A stretch of 64,000 nt of DNA from a virus (IMGVR_UViG_3300028886_000042), one strand, 5' to 3'; shown: positions 31,798 through 42,910, counted from the stretch's first letter. Translations and numbers: made by a program. Notes: generated by a model not told the origin, from the sequence alone.

Positions 31798-32763
31798 TTA
31801 ATCATGTACTAAGATGCAGTTGTATTTTTCGGTTAATTCTAAAATCCTGTCAATGTAATCTTCTGAGTATTGTGTTGTATATAACCCTTCATTTAAATGG
31901 AGCTGCTTTGTGACTAATTTCTTTATATTTTCTAAACGTCGTTGATAATCTTTTAATGTGTAATTAGTCACTTTAACAATGGCATTCCATCCTTTTTTTG
32001 TATCTTTAAGAATATCGTTAATCCATATCTTTTCTTGCATTGAAAATCTGTTATTATCCATTATTTGTTTTAAGTATTGGATATTTTTCAGATAAATGTA
32101 AGATTCTTCCTTCTTAATATAACCATCTATATTTTCCCAAGCAAGGTAATCCTTAAAATCCATTAAATAAGCATATAAACCATTTGCAAAACCTTCACGT
32201 TCTTCTTTAAAAGAAAGATAAAACATCATACCAAATAGTTTTTTAAAGTTCATTTCTTCTGATGAGTTCATATCTTTGCCATTCATTAAATCAATACTGT
32301 AATCATAAAGGCTTTTGTCATTAAATGTACTACCTGATTTATTGGTTTCAAAATAATGATGGACTTCGTGTTGAATGGAATTTACATATTCATGTGTAAT
32401 TAATTCATCATCAATTACTGTTAATGTTAGAAAAAAAGTACCGGTTTTCTTATTTAAAGCATTTTTCTTTAATGATAGATATTTCTTAATATTTTGTCTG
32501 TAAGTTTGTGTTGTAAAATAATACATGGCTACATTGAACTTTATTAAATCACCAAATAAAGTATCAGTAAATTCAACATGTCTTTCAGGTACGTTCATTT
32601 CATTATTTAACGTTTTTGGAACCCTCATAAGTTCTCCAAGAACCATATCACGTACACGATTTGTTTCTACAACCACTTCATCTAAGTTTACACCTTTTTC
32701 TTCTTTTAATGAAATGATTTCATTATGCACATTTTCATTGATTTTAATTACATTCTTTTCCAT
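31798..32763 (-). CDS. zincin-like (HExxH) protein with N-terminal leader
   Basis: IQHEVHHY and downstream EEREGF; N-terminus VIKINEN. Confidence 0.6.
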   Translation of the reverse strand: MEKNVIKINENVHNEIISLKEEKGVNLDEVVVETNRVRDMVLGELMRVPKTLNNEMNVPERHVEFTDTLFGDLIKFNVAMYYFTTQTYRQNIKKYLSLKKNALNKKTGTFFLTLTVIDDELITHEYVNSIQHEVHHYFETNKSGSTFNDKSLYDYSIDLMNGKDMNSSEEMNFKKLFGMMFYLSFKEEREGFANGLYAYLMDFKDYLAWENIDGYIKKEESYIYLKNIQYLKQIMDNNRFSMQEKIWINDILKDTKKGWNAIVKVTNYTLKDYQRRLENIKKLVTKQLHLNEGLYTTQYSEDYIDRILELTEKYNCILVHD

Positions 32764-32773
32764 ATACTTGTCC

Positions 32774-33175
32774 TTATTTCTTTAATCCACTGTCATTGAT
32801 GGTAATAACCAAATCCTCCGCAATGGGTACAAACATTTCACCTGACGGGAATTTCAGACCGTCTATTACGATTTCACCGTCAAATACTATCCTGAACTGA
32901 CCTATATACGTACCGGCTTTATCTGTGTCCCTCTTTTTCCATCTGTATTCAATTACATATTCTTCCTCACAGCCGGAATCTTCCTTTTCAACAACATATG
33001 CAGGAGCATTCGCTATTTTCTTTATACCCGTTTCAATATCTGTCATTGAAAATGTGACAGTTGCCGACTGAAGTGCAAGATAAGCCTTGCGGAAGTCGTT
33101 TCTTCCGTCGTTTATTACCTCCATACGTAATGATGGAAGAGTTGAGCCAGTTGTAATGAAAAAATTCTGTGTCAT
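32774..33175 (-). CDS. BppU-like Ig-fold virion protein
   Basis: FFITTGSTLPSL...ATVTFSM...YRW...DT..AGTY.GQF.I; late motif at 33203-33210. Confidence 0.6.
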   Translation of the reverse strand: MTQNFFITTGSTLPSLRMEVINDGRNDFRKAYLALQSATVTFSMTDIETGIKKIANAPAYVVEKEDSGCEEEYVIEYRWKKRDTDKAGTYIGQFRIVFDGEIVIDGLKFPSGEMFVPIAEDLVITINDSGLKK

Positions 33176-33280
33176 AGGAAAAAATATACTGTTTTATATA
33201 ACATAAATATATCTTTACGGACAGTTTTTGTAAATGATAAGATACTCTCAGATATTTATAATAATAAGACAGTTTTTGAG

Positions 33281-34444
33281 ATGTTATCAAAGGAAATAGA
33301 AAATCTTTTCAGAATGGTAAAGTCACGCCTCGGTGTATCTGTACGTTCCGTGGAACTTAAGGATGATACATTATGCGACCTGTTGAAGATTGCTGTAGGT
33401 GACTATACTGAAAAAGTACAGAATTTCATTATAGAAAATAACTGGGCACAATTATACGGAAAAAAATACAATAATCAGATAACTAATCAGGATATCGCCT
33501 ATGCTCTTACCGCAAGGTCACTTGATATGGTAAATGAATTCGGACAATGGTTCAGTCATAATGTAGGCTTGCAACAGACCGGAACGAAATGGGAACTTAA
33601 AAAGGATTTCTTTAAGATTGAAGAAGGCAGACAAGTGTATTTAGTACCGGCCGGTAGGGAAATAAACAAGGTACTTTGGATTACACCGCCTACAACACAA
33701 TCTGCTCTTTGGGCTAACTACGGAGGCTTCGCAACAGCATTCGGAGGAGGCGTAATGGGACAGATGGGATTAGGTGCTGCAAGCGTGTTCGGAGGTATAG
33801 GAAGCGGATATGGAATGGGTGTCGGAATGTGGGCATTGCCTATGGCAGATGTTGTGACTATGGCTTCTGACCTATCTTTTAAGAACCAAATGATTCGTAG
33901 TGATTTGGCTTATAAGGTAACGGCAGGGCCGGATGGTTCTCATCTTATTCATCTTATGTCAACACCCGGTAGTAAACTTACGTTCGGTGCCGGTGGTATG
34001 CCCGGTGTTTATTCATTAAAGGACTGCTATGTATGGTACACTTATTATGATACGGATGAAAACAATGTCGATGAATGCCGTAAGGATAATCCCTTTGTAA
34101 TTCTGTCACCCGACCAGGTTCCTATGGATGAACTTGAATATGAACTGTTGAACACACCTTCAAAGAATATAGTACGTCAGTTATTTACAGGTTTGGCAGC
34201 TGAAACGTTGGCATTGATAAGAGGCAAGTTCAGTGGTAATATCCAGATGATATCAAGTCCGCTGGTTATGGACTATGGTATGCTTATGACACTGGGTAAT
34301 AAAGAGCGTGAAAATGCTATGAATGATTTGAAGGAGAGGTTGCAGAGGATGTCACCGTATGAGGTCATGAAGAAGAATGCCGATATGGTTGAGGACTTGA
34401 GACGTATTCAGAAGGGTACTCCGTTGGGAATTTTTGTACGTTAA
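33281..34444 (+). CDS. neck/head-tail adaptor protein (T4 gp13-like)
   Basis: SRLG...VEL, LIRGKFSG, C-terminal PLGIFV; late motif at 33252-33260. Confidence 0.7.
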   Translation: MLSKEIENLFRMVKSRLGVSVRSVELKDDTLCDLLKIAVGDYTEKVQNFIIENNWAQLYGKKYNNQITNQDIAYALTARSLDMVNEFGQWFSHNVGLQQTGTKWELKKDFFKIEEGRQVYLVPAGREINKVLWITPPTTQSALWANYGGFATAFGGGVMGQMGLGAASVFGGIGSGYGMGVGMWALPMADVVTMASDLSFKNQMIRSDLAYKVTAGPDGSHLIHLMSTPGSKLTFGAGGMPGVYSLKDCYVWYTYYDTDENNVDECRKDNPFVILSPDQVPMDELEYELLNTPSKNIVRQLFTGLAAETLALIRGKFSGNIQMISSPLVMDYGMLMTLGNKERENAMNDLKERLQRMSPYEVMKKNADMVEDLRRIQKGTPLGIFVR

Positions 34445-34499
34445 CAAATTTTAATTATTGAAAAATCATAATAAATGGAAAAAATAGTATCTTTGCAGT

Positions 34500-36185
34500 A
34501 TGAAAAAAGAAGAAATTGAAAAAAGGGGTAAAGAGGTTCATAACGGTAAATACAGTTATATTTTCGATAAAGATGAGTATAGGGTAAATGATAAAATAAA
34601 ATGTATTTGCCCTATTCACGGTGTTTTTGAACAAGTGTTAAGGCATCATTTGAAAGGACAGGGTTGCAGACATTGTTCACAAATAAAGAATGCAAGTAAA
34701 ACACGTTTAACAATTGAACAATTCAAGGAGAAAAGTTTTAAAGTACATGGGGATAAATATGATTTATCTAAAGTTGATTATGTAAATGCAGATACAAAGG
34801 TTTGTCTAATATGTCACGAAAAAGATTATAACGGTGACGAACACGGCGAATTTTGGATGACACCAGCACATTATCTTTCAGGTGAACGTTGTCCTAAATG
34901 TGCAAGAAAAAAAATGTTAAAACAGGAATTCATTGACAAATGCAAAGAAAAATTTAAAGGACAGAATTTAAATTTTGATAATTGTGATTATGTTAATGAT
35001 AATACGAAAGTAACTTGTGTATGTGAAATACATGGTGAATTTCAGAAATACCCTTATCAGTTGTTGCGTAAAGGTGAAGGATGTCCTAAATGCAGTTTTG
35101 AGAAAAATTGTTTAAAAAGGAGGAAAACACAAGAAGATTTTATAAAGGATGTCGATAGAATACATGGAGATAAGTATGATATAAGTAATGTTACGTATGA
35201 AGTCGGATATAAAGTGATTTATCCTGTTTGTCATGTAAAATATAAAAACAGTACTGAACATGGTGCTTTTCCTATAATTGCTAATAATTTTCTACAAGGT
35301 TACGGTTGTCCTAAATGCAGTCGTTTACATTCTAATGTGGAAATAGAATTTTCAGATTTTATTTCATCTGTAGATAGTAATGTTGTAATTGAAGATAGAG
35401 AAATACTTGAAGGTAGGGAAATTGACTTATTTTTACCGGATAGAAAAATAGGATTTGAATTCGATGGTCTGTACTGGCATTCAGAAGTTAAGAAGAGTGA
35501 ATTTTATCATTTTGAAAAAACTGATGTTTGTGAGAAAAACGGAGTGAAACTATATCATGTATTCGAAGATGAGTGGGAATTTAAGAAGGATATTGTTAAA
35601 TCTAAAATAAAGTCAATTTTAGGAAAAACCGAAAATAAGATTTATGCAAGAAAGTGTTCGGTTAGGGAAATCAATTCAAAAATATTAAAAGAATTCCTTG
35701 AACACAATCATCTTCAAGGGAATGCAAATTCAAAATATCGCTACGGGTTATATTATAACGAAGAACTTGTTTCTGTAATGTCATTCGGTCATTTGAGGAA
35801 AAACCTTGGAAGTAAAAAAACCGAAAATACATATGAATTGCTAAGGTTCTGTAACAAATTAAATACAACAGTTGTAGGCGGTGCATCTAAACTACTTAAA
35901 CATTTTATTGAAGATATTAAACCGAAGTGTATAATAAGTTATGCAGACAGAAGATGGTCTGACGGAAATCTATATACAAAATTAGGCTTTACACATATTA
36001 GGAACAGTAAACCGAATTATTATTATATTGTTGGTCATAAAAGGGAAAACCGTTTCAAATACCGTAAGGATGTACTTGTTAAAGAAGGTTTTGACCCTGA
36101 TAAATCTGAAAAGGAAATAATGAAGGAACGTGGTTTTCTCAGAATTTACGATTGTGGCTCAATGGTTTTCAGACTTGATTTATAA
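34500..36185 (+). mobile_element. Hef-like free-standing endonuclease (Zn fingers + Vsr-like nuclease + Mom/GNAT-like domain)
   Basis: CPIHG..GQGC repeats; EIDLFLP..IGFEFDGLYWH; GGASKL..SYADRRWS; TATCTTTG at 34488-34495. Confidence 0.82.
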
Positions 36186-36216
36186 TTATATTATATACCT
36201 GTAATAAATCTGAATC

Positions 36217-36936
36217 ATGTCAAAAACAATTATCATAACAGAAAACCAGTACGAACAGTTGGTTAACGACCCTTTGCTTGATGATACACGTGAAGATTTT
36301 TCCTTTAATATACTGAAGAATTATTCATGGGAAAACTGCTGGGAGTTGGATGCCTATTGTCAGCGTTGCGGCTTGACTATGTTAGGAAGAGGTGCAGGAC
36401 GTATTGTGTATGCTTTGGATGACGGTCTGGTTCTGAAAATAGCAAACGGAGACTGTGGACAGAATGAATACGAGGTAAATGTATTTACTGATTTATCAGA
36501 TGAGTTAAAGGAACTTGTCCCTGTTATTTTTGCCTTTGACAAAAACCATATCAGACCTTTATGGATAGTTTCAGAGCGTGTTTTACCGGCTAAATATGTC
36601 GATTTCAAGAAAATATTAGGTATCGGATTCGGAGACTACTATTCAAGTCAGGATATAAGGGATGAGGAAGAAGATTTGATGACATATAATAAATATCCCT
36701 CAAAAGAACAGAATAATGACTTGACTATAACAGGATTCTTGGATGCATTTGAAGAAAAATCGATAAACGGAACACCATACAAAGAACTTATTAGGAATAA
36801 CCGTTGGTTTTCACTTCTTTACTACATGTTGAGTTACGGTTATGTTTCTTCATGGGAACTGGGTATCATTGAGAACTGGGGCTTGGTTCAGAGAAACGGA
36901 AAACCTGTTATTGTTATATTAGACATCGGTATCTGA
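36217..36936 (+). CDS. protein-kinase-like (phosphotransferase fold) protein with IIITENQY leader
   Basis: LGRGAGRIVY, VLKIA, helix-C-like QNEYE, ENWG, ILDIG. Confidence 0.65.
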   Translation: MSKTIIITENQYEQLVNDPLLDDTREDFSFNILKNYSWENCWELDAYCQRCGLTMLGRGAGRIVYALDDGLVLKIANGDCGQNEYEVNVFTDLSDELKELVPVIFAFDKNHIRPLWIVSERVLPAKYVDFKKILGIGFGDYYSSQDIRDEEEDLMTYNKYPSKEQNNDLTITGFLDAFEEKSINGTPYKELIRNNRWFSLLYYMLSYGYVSSWELGIIENWGLVQRNGKPVIVILDIGI

Positions 36937-37380
36937 TTCGGTTTCCTTTTCCACATATTTTAAGGACAGGTCACGTTGTGCAAACATTTTTTCAACGTCA
37001 TTTATATAATCTCCGAAATGTATGACTATTCTGCACGGTTCGGGATATTCCTCTGCATTGTCAAGATTCTCGTATGCTAATGCAACTATATGGTCTCTAC
37101 AGTCCTGCATACTGTAACAGCAGTTATCCTGTGCAAGGTCTAATATCAGTTCTGTCTTAAGTTCCTTTATATACTGATACATACTGCCGTCTATCATAAG
37201 CGAAGATATATTCTCATTACAGCTCGGTTTTTCAGCCCAACCTTCGGCAAATGTCTCTGAATCATCTTCTGAGAGCATAAAATGATATATATTCATTCCT
37301 TCTGAGTCCGTACCGACATATAATATGAATACGACTTTAAGATTATCCTGTGTAAATCCGTTTTCTATTTCCTCGAACAT
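36919..37380 (-). CDS. hypothetical protein
   Basis: 153-aa ORF in operon. Confidence 0.7.
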   Translation of the reverse strand: MFEEIENGFTQDNLKVVFILYVGTDSEGMNIYHFMLSEDDSETFAEGWAEKPSCNENISSLMIDGSMYQYIKELKTELILDLAQDNCCYSMQDCRDHIVALAYENLDNAEEYPEPCRIVIHFGDYINDVEKMFAQRDLSLKYVEKETESDTDV

Positions 37381-37412
37381 GGTTTTTATCCTTTTTTTCC
37401 GGTTTATTATAA

Positions 37413-37919
37413 TTAATCGTTAAGCAGATATTTTTCTCTTATCTTAGTATATACTTCACCGCAAGCCCTTGCATCATCCAAGGCATTATGATGGTTTTTA
37501 AGCCTTACACCCAAATGTCTGCATATATTGTCAAGTTTATGGTTGCGAAGATTGTTAAGATATTTTCTGCTCAGTTTAAGTGTATCTATATAGATATACT
37601 TATTGTTTGTACCGAATTCCTCATTACATGCATTTATACAGCTTTTCTCAAAGGCTACATTATGTGCTATTATGGGACTGTCACCTATCATTTCGTCAAT
37701 TCTTTTCCAAACTTCCGGAAATGTAGGTGAATCCTTTACATCCTTGTAGTGCAAGCCGTGTGTCATTACACAGTGGTACTCCTCAAGTTTGGTTGGAGGA
37801 CATACAAGTGAATAGAACTCGTCAGTTATTCTGCCGTCCTCGAAAACAACACATCCGATAGAAATTACAGACGCTCTCCAATGCTCAAGTGTCTCGAAAT
37901 CCAAAGCAACATATCTCAT
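37413..37919 (-). CDS. DEDDh 3'-5' exonuclease (DnaQ/epsilon-like)
   Basis: ALDFET, AHNVAFE, IDTL, HHNALDDA. Confidence 0.9.
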   Translation of the reverse strand: MRYVALDFETLEHWRASVISIGCVVFEDGRITDEFYSLVCPPTKLEEYHCVMTHGLHYKDVKDSPTFPEVWKRIDEMIGDSPIIAHNVAFEKSCINACNEEFGTNNKYIYIDTLKLSRKYLNNLRNHKLDNICRHLGVRLKNHHNALDDARACGEVYTKIREKYLLND

Positions 37920-37937
37920 TGAAATTCAGTAAATATA

Positions 37938-38792
37938 TTATTCTTCCTTGTCCACGACTGTGATATTCTGAGGTGGTATAGGTTCAAGTGTATATATAGC
38001 AGGGTTGTCAGTCATTGTGTTTTCATCGAAATAGAACTTTATTCCTTTTTCAATCATATCACGTATATATACCATAAGCAGTGCATATTTCTCGTTTTTA
38101 CCTGTCTGTCTGAATGTGTTTGCAATTCTTTTCCATTTATCCGGTTTGTTTAAGAATAGATAAACCCTTTCAGGATGTCCTACAACCCTACCGTTAGCGT
38201 GTGGGGTTATGCCTTTTTCCATAATCTTATCCAAAACTCTTACAGGACAGATATGATAACAGTAGTCGTTAAGGCTTGAAGGTTTGAACTCTTCGTTGAA
38301 TTTCGGGTAAAATACTAAAGTGCATTGTCTGTATCTGTAATCATTAAACAGATTTTCATTGAATGTATTATATACTGAATAATTCCTCGTATCGATTAAT
38401 CCTGCATAATACCAGCCACAGGCATCCATGGTATGAATCAAATCGGTAATTGTTGCATAATCACATCTGATACCGTTTCGGAAAAACAAAGTAACCTCGA
38501 ACCATGAATTATTGTCACGTGTTGTTTTATCGGCTTTATTTGACCTGTTTCTGAACATAATAAGCATATCGTTATCCTTGTTCTTGTCAAAAGCCTCAAA
38601 GGTACATCCTATATTGTTTAAGTTATATCTTCTTCTTATAATCTCTCTTAGCCTCGGAAAAGCATATGTCATTGTCAGTCCTTCTGAAACGAGTTTTCTT
38701 TTCTCGAAAAAACTGTACAGGGGTATTGAAAACGATGATTCCAACACATGTTTAACCGATTCTACTATATCTCTTTCAGTTATCTTACGCAT
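37938..38792 (-). CDS. ADP-ribosyltransferase/KptA-fold protein with KITERDIVESV leader
   Basis: C-terminal YH.C...KIMEKGITP...HPERVYL...YTLEPIPPQNI. Confidence 0.6.
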   Translation of the reverse strand: MRKITERDIVESVKHVLESSFSIPLYSFFEKRKLVSEGLTMTYAFPRLREIIRRRYNLNNIGCTFEAFDKNKDNDMLIMFRNRSNKADKTTRDNNSWFEVTLFFRNGIRCDYATITDLIHTMDACGWYYAGLIDTRNYSVYNTFNENLFNDYRYRQCTLVFYPKFNEEFKPSSLNDYCYHICPVRVLDKIMEKGITPHANGRVVGHPERVYLFLNKPDKWKRIANTFRQTGKNEKYALLMVYIRDMIEKGIKFYFDENTMTDNPAIYTLEPIPPQNITVVDKEE

Positions 38793-39138
38793 TTTCTGTT
38801 ATATGCAGTAAATTGTTTATCTTAATTAAAATATAATGCCCGTCAATTTTTATTTCGGAGTCTGTTGTTATACGGTTTAATACCGTATTTACAGTTTCGA
38901 TATCTTCTTTTGTTACCGGTAAGAAAAGCCTTAGTATAATTTCGTTATTAACTGTGTTATAGAACAATTTATCATTTTCGTCGAGTAATACAGAGAAAAT
39001 ATGCAAAATATCTTCAAAAGTTACAACATATTCCCCTAACGTAAACTGATGTGTAAATATATATCCGATACACAACGGAAACATCGGGTCTATTGAAACA
39101 TTTTTACCTAATAAATATTCATACTTAAACTCGTCCAT
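38785..39138 (-). CDS. hypothetical protein
   Basis: 117-aa ORF, AT-rich. Confidence 0.6.
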   Translation of the reverse strand: MDEFKYEYLLGKNVSIDPMFPLCIGYIFTHQFTLGEYVVTFEDILHIFSVLLDENDKLFYNTVNNEIILRLFLPVTKEDIETVNTVLNRITTDSEIKIDGHYILIKINNLLHITENA

Positions 39139-39144
39139 CCGTTT

Positions 39145-41103
39145 TTATTTGTTTATCTCTGATTTTATGGTTGCGTCCATGATAAGTCCCTTCCTCATGA
39201 CTTTTTCGAACATATCCTGTGAAATGGAATCGGTAAACAGCTGATAAATACATAAGGCATCTTCCTTCTGTGTTATTCTGTATATTCTGTCCTGCATCTG
39301 CCGGTTTGATGTTTCGAGCCAACTGTAACTGTTGAATATCATTATATGTGAAGCAGTAAGTGTCAGTCCTACGCCGGCAGATTCTATCTGTCCTATGAAT
39401 ACCTTAATCTTAGGATTTTCCATGAATTCCTTTTCTGACTTGTCCTTCTGCTTAGGTGTCATCTTTCCGTCATAGACAACGCATTTCTTACCGTAATACT
39501 CCTTGAATGTGTTTATTTCGCTTGTAAAGTTACATACTATGATAACCTTTTCACCGTCCTCTATGTATTCATCCGCAAGTTTTATGGTATTCGGTATCAT
39601 TTCCTTTGCAAGGAACTGTCTTACAAGCGAACCCTCAACCAACTGTCTGTATTCCTCGTTTGTGTTGTCACCGTTTTCCTCCTGTGCCCTTACATATTCG
39701 TCCCACAGTCTGTTGTACTCCGTCTTCTGTGCTTCATCAAGGTCATAGTACCGTGTATCTAAGAATTTGTTTACCATACCGCCTATTTCTGAGGCAAGTC
39801 TTCTGATATAGACGTGTTTTATCTTCTCCCTCAGTTCATTCAGATTCGTAGAACCTTGTGGTATCATTATCTTAGGACAGTTTTCACTTATATAGTCCCA
39901 AGCGTAGCCCTGTGATTTCATCCTTGACAGTTCTGACGGACTGTAGATTTCCTTACCGTCGCAGTACTTCTTGACATAGTAGTTATAATCATTCGTAACA
40001 TCCGCATCTATCAGTCTGAGAATATGATAAAGATTCATCGGGGTATTCGTAAGCGGAGTTCCGGTAAGCAGATACACATTCTTTATTTTTGATTTCCTCA
40101 GAAAATCATATATGACCTTGTAGCGTATTGAAGTGTTGTTTGACAGTTTCTGTGCCTCGTCTATGATAACACAGTCGAAACCGGAAGTGAATAACGGACT
40201 CTTAAGAAGTGCTTTTCTGATATCAGCCTTACGGTTTGACTTGACTTTCTTGTTAACCATAAGTCCGGTTTTCTTGTCCCTTACCATTACAGGAACCTTA
40301 AGTTTCTCAACCTCTCCGTTCTTACCGTGTATTTCCTCTATTCTGTATTCGTTCTCGTATGGTATTTCATAGTAGTTCTGAACGATGTCATAGTTTATTA
40401 CCGTGAACTTGCTTGTAGTACCGTCCCATTTGGAACCGCTTATGACAACAATATTCTCAGGTTTTTCAAACAGTGATATTTCACGTTTCCATGTAGATTT
40501 CAAAGAGGCAGTTGTTATAACAAGAATTTTTTCGAAACCTCCGTAAAGTGCTGATACACAGGCCGTCATCGTTTTTCCAACCCCCATACTGTCTGCTAAT
40601 ATACACTTTTTGTTGGCTGTAAGAAACTTTACACCCTCTTCCTGATGAGGCTTAAGTTTCATGCCGTATTCAGACAGTTTGTTGTTATACGGACTGAAGT
40701 CTATCTTGACAGACTTGTAATCCACAATGTGCAGTGGTGTAAGAAGTTTTCTCTTATTGATATACATAAGAGTAGGAGGAACTGATTTTCTGTATTGTGC
40801 ATAGCAGTGATATGAATTGCCCATTTCACCTATGACCTTGATAATCTTCAGTCTGTCGGGAATGAAGTCAAGCGAATAGTTCTCCTGTAACTCCTTTCCG
40901 AATTCCTCGGTTATCTTTACCACTCTGTTAACTTCATCCGTTACATAGTCATAGTTGTTCAGAATGTATTCAGTACTGAAACCGTCCTCAGTTAGAAGCA
41001 GTTTGTTGAGTGAATCCATCTTCTTGAAGTAGAGTATCTGATTGTTTGTTCCGTTATACTCCCTAAGTAACTTGTATGCCTTGCTTATATTACTCTTTTT
41101 CAT
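39145..41103 (-). CDS. SNF2-family (SMARCAL1/HARP-like) helicase/ATPase
   Basis: LADSMGVGKT, IIDEAQ, LTGTP, GVGLTLT, QMQDRIYRI; start reassigned to MKKSN after the promoter. Confidence 0.9.
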   Translation of the reverse strand: MKKSNISKAYKLLREYNGTNNQILYFKKMDSLNKLLLTEDGFSTEYILNNYDYVTDEVNRVVKITEEFGKELQENYSLDFIPDRLKIIKVIGEMGNSYHCYAQYRKSVPPTLMYINKRKLLTPLHIVDYKSVKIDFSPYNNKLSEYGMKLKPHQEEGVKFLTANKKCILADSMGVGKTMTACVSALYGGFEKILVITTASLKSTWKREISLFEKPENIVVISGSKWDGTTSKFTVINYDIVQNYYEIPYENEYRIEEIHGKNGEVEKLKVPVMVRDKKTGLMVNKKVKSNRKADIRKALLKSPLFTSGFDCVIIDEAQKLSNNTSIRYKVIYDFLRKSKIKNVYLLTGTPLTNTPMNLYHILRLIDADVTNDYNYYVKKYCDGKEIYSPSELSRMKSQGYAWDYISENCPKIMIPQGSTNLNELREKIKHVYIRRLASEIGGMVNKFLDTRYYDLDEAQKTEYNRLWDEYVRAQEENGDNTNEEYRQLVEGSLVRQFLAKEMIPNTIKLADEYIEDGEKVIIVCNFTSEINTFKEYYGKKCVVYDGKMTPKQKDKSEKEFMENPKIKVFIGQIESAGVGLTLTASHIMIFNSYSWLETSNRQMQDRIYRITQKEDALCIYQLFTDSISQDMFEKVMRKGLIMDATIKSEINK

Positions 41104-41125
41104 CGGAAAACCTTCTGAATATATG

Positions 41126-41156
41126 CAAATATACGACTTTCGTTCCAAAGTGCAAA
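41126..41156 (-). promoter_or_regulatory. Bacteroidota-type promoter for the helicase operon
   Basis: Minus strand TTTG-N19-TATATTTG. Confidence 0.75.
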
Positions 41157-41186
41157 CTATTTATATTTGAATTTTCATACACTATA

Positions 41187-41711
41187 ATGCCAAACAACAT
41201 AAATGCGCCGATAACGAGAAACAACAAGTTCTATTCGGAAGAGGATTTCGAATATGAGACTAATCTGCTGATGGAATACCTTGAGGAGGATTTGAATCAG
41301 ACGGTTGTCGTATATCAGGTTGACAGAGTAAAAACAAATGTAAGTGCAGTGTACAAGGAAGCTGAGGACGGTCATATAAGATTCAAGGCTCCGCGTGAAA
41401 TACCGTGTATGTATGAGATTTCGGAAGCAAACGTGAAAACATATGACTCAAAAACAAATACAGGTGTTTACGTGGTTAACGGAAATCTTACTGTATACAC
41501 AATGCCTATGATTCTTGAAAAATACAAATGCGACATAAGGCGCGGTGACTATATAGGTGTTCTGATAGATACCGGAAGAATGGTTTATTTCTCGGTAGTG
41601 AATGACGGAAAAGTGAACACTTCGAACAGAAACTATGTCGGAGCCTATAAACCGTCATGGCTTAAGATTGAATGTGCACCTGTTCCTGATAATGAATTTA
41701 ACGGAAAATAA
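41187..41711 (+). CDS. neck/head-closure protein (gp14-like)
   Basis: Start MPNN after TATTTATA (41158-41165); VYKEA, DIRRGDYI; position in the neck-tail module. Confidence 0.55.
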   Translation: MPNNINAPITRNNKFYSEEDFEYETNLLMEYLEEDLNQTVVVYQVDRVKTNVSAVYKEAEDGHIRFKAPREIPCMYEISEANVKTYDSKTNTGVYVVNGNLTVYTMPMILEKYKCDIRRGDYIGVLIDTGRMVYFSVVNDGKVNTSNRNYVGAYKPSWLKIECAPVPDNEFNGK

Positions 41712-41720
41712 TAGTGAGAG

Positions 41721-42857
41721 ATGCGAAAAGGACAGCCTAAGAAATTTATAACACCGATGAACTTCAGAAGGAAATCATACGGTACTGAGAGGAGGAGAAA
41801 CTTTGCAAAGGAAATACTGTACAAGGAAACGGAATTTCCCAAACCTCTGAACTATGAGGATATTGACTATGCGTTCGAGGAATTTGTAAAGGAATCCGTG
41901 GCAAAGTTCAATAATGAAGTATATCCGGTATTTACGCTGTACAGTAACCAGCGTTTCAGTGAATATTCACAGAATTGGGAACATACCGACTCGGAAGGTA
42001 ACCTGCTTCTTAACTTCATAACAATGAACAGGGACAATAACCCTAAACCAGGTTCTAATCAGGGAGACTTAAGAAATATTCCCGGTGACAGATTCTATAC
42101 CATGTCCGTAAAAACGGTTCTTGATGATAACGGTACTGAAAGCTATGAGATATACTCAATGAAACAGCCTTACAGCGTCGATTTACAATACAGAATAAAT
42201 TTCGTCACCTCAACCTTTGAGAAGATAAACGGATTCAATAACAGGATAAACGAGCTTTTCAAGTCAACACAGTGCTACATAAGGCCCAACGGTCATTTCA
42301 TACCTATGGTTGTTGAAGAGGTCAATGACGAGACTTCATACAGTGTAGATGAACGTAAATTCTTCGTACAGTCAATCGGAATCAAGGTCATGGCTTATAT
42401 AATAAACAGCACTGACTTCAGGATTGACAAGAGACCCAAACGAATAATCATGATGTCTGAAGGTGATGCAAAGAGACCTTCACCAAAGGTTGACATTGAG
42501 GAATACACCTCTGAAAATCCGTTAAGGAACCGTGCTGTTGACATAACAATATCATTCGAGGAATATCATGACAAGGTTGAATTCGTGATAGATACGGACG
42601 TGAACATAGAAACATTCAGTGAAACGAATATAAGGAGTTTCAGGGTTTTCGTCAACGGTACTATGTACTACACTGAAAAGGGTTTCAGTCTGAAGAACGG
42701 TGATAACGTGAAGATTAAGATAAACAGATTCGACATGTCTGATAAATCGGAACTCGTTTTCAAAGGATATAACCCTAACGAAGTGTACAACTCGGAAATT
42801 GTACCTGAAAACGTAAGCGACGAACCCGTAAAAGAGGAAAGAATCATTATTGAATAA
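41721..42857 (+). CDS. tail terminator/sheath stabiliser (gp15-like)
   Basis: DIDYAF, ITMNR, QPYSVDLQY; immediately upstream of the sheath gene. Confidence 0.55.
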   Translation: MRKGQPKKFITPMNFRRKSYGTERRRNFAKEILYKETEFPKPLNYEDIDYAFEEFVKESVAKFNNEVYPVFTLYSNQRFSEYSQNWEHTDSEGNLLLNFITMNRDNNPKPGSNQGDLRNIPGDRFYTMSVKTVLDDNGTESYEIYSMKQPYSVDLQYRINFVTSTFEKINGFNNRINELFKSTQCYIRPNGHFIPMVVEEVNDETSYSVDERKFFVQSIGIKVMAYIINSTDFRIDKRPKRIIMMSEGDAKRPSPKVDIEEYTSENPLRNRAVDITISFEEYHDKVEFVIDTDVNIETFSETNIRSFRVFVNGTMYYTEKGFSLKNGDNVKIKINRFDMSDKSELVFKGYNPNEVYNSEIVPENVSDEPVKEERIIIE

Positions 42858-42874
42858 ATTTTCTTCAGAACGTC

Positions 42875-42910
42875 AAAAAAAGCAAGCATCAGAAAGAGTG
42901 CTTGTTTTTT
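42875..42910 (+). terminator. intrinsic terminator
   Basis: AAAAAAGCAAGCA...TGCTTGTTTTTT. Confidence 0.65.

Noticed and set aside
39125-39322. 65-aa minus-strand ORF
   Set aside because: Lies almost entirely within the helicase gene in another frame
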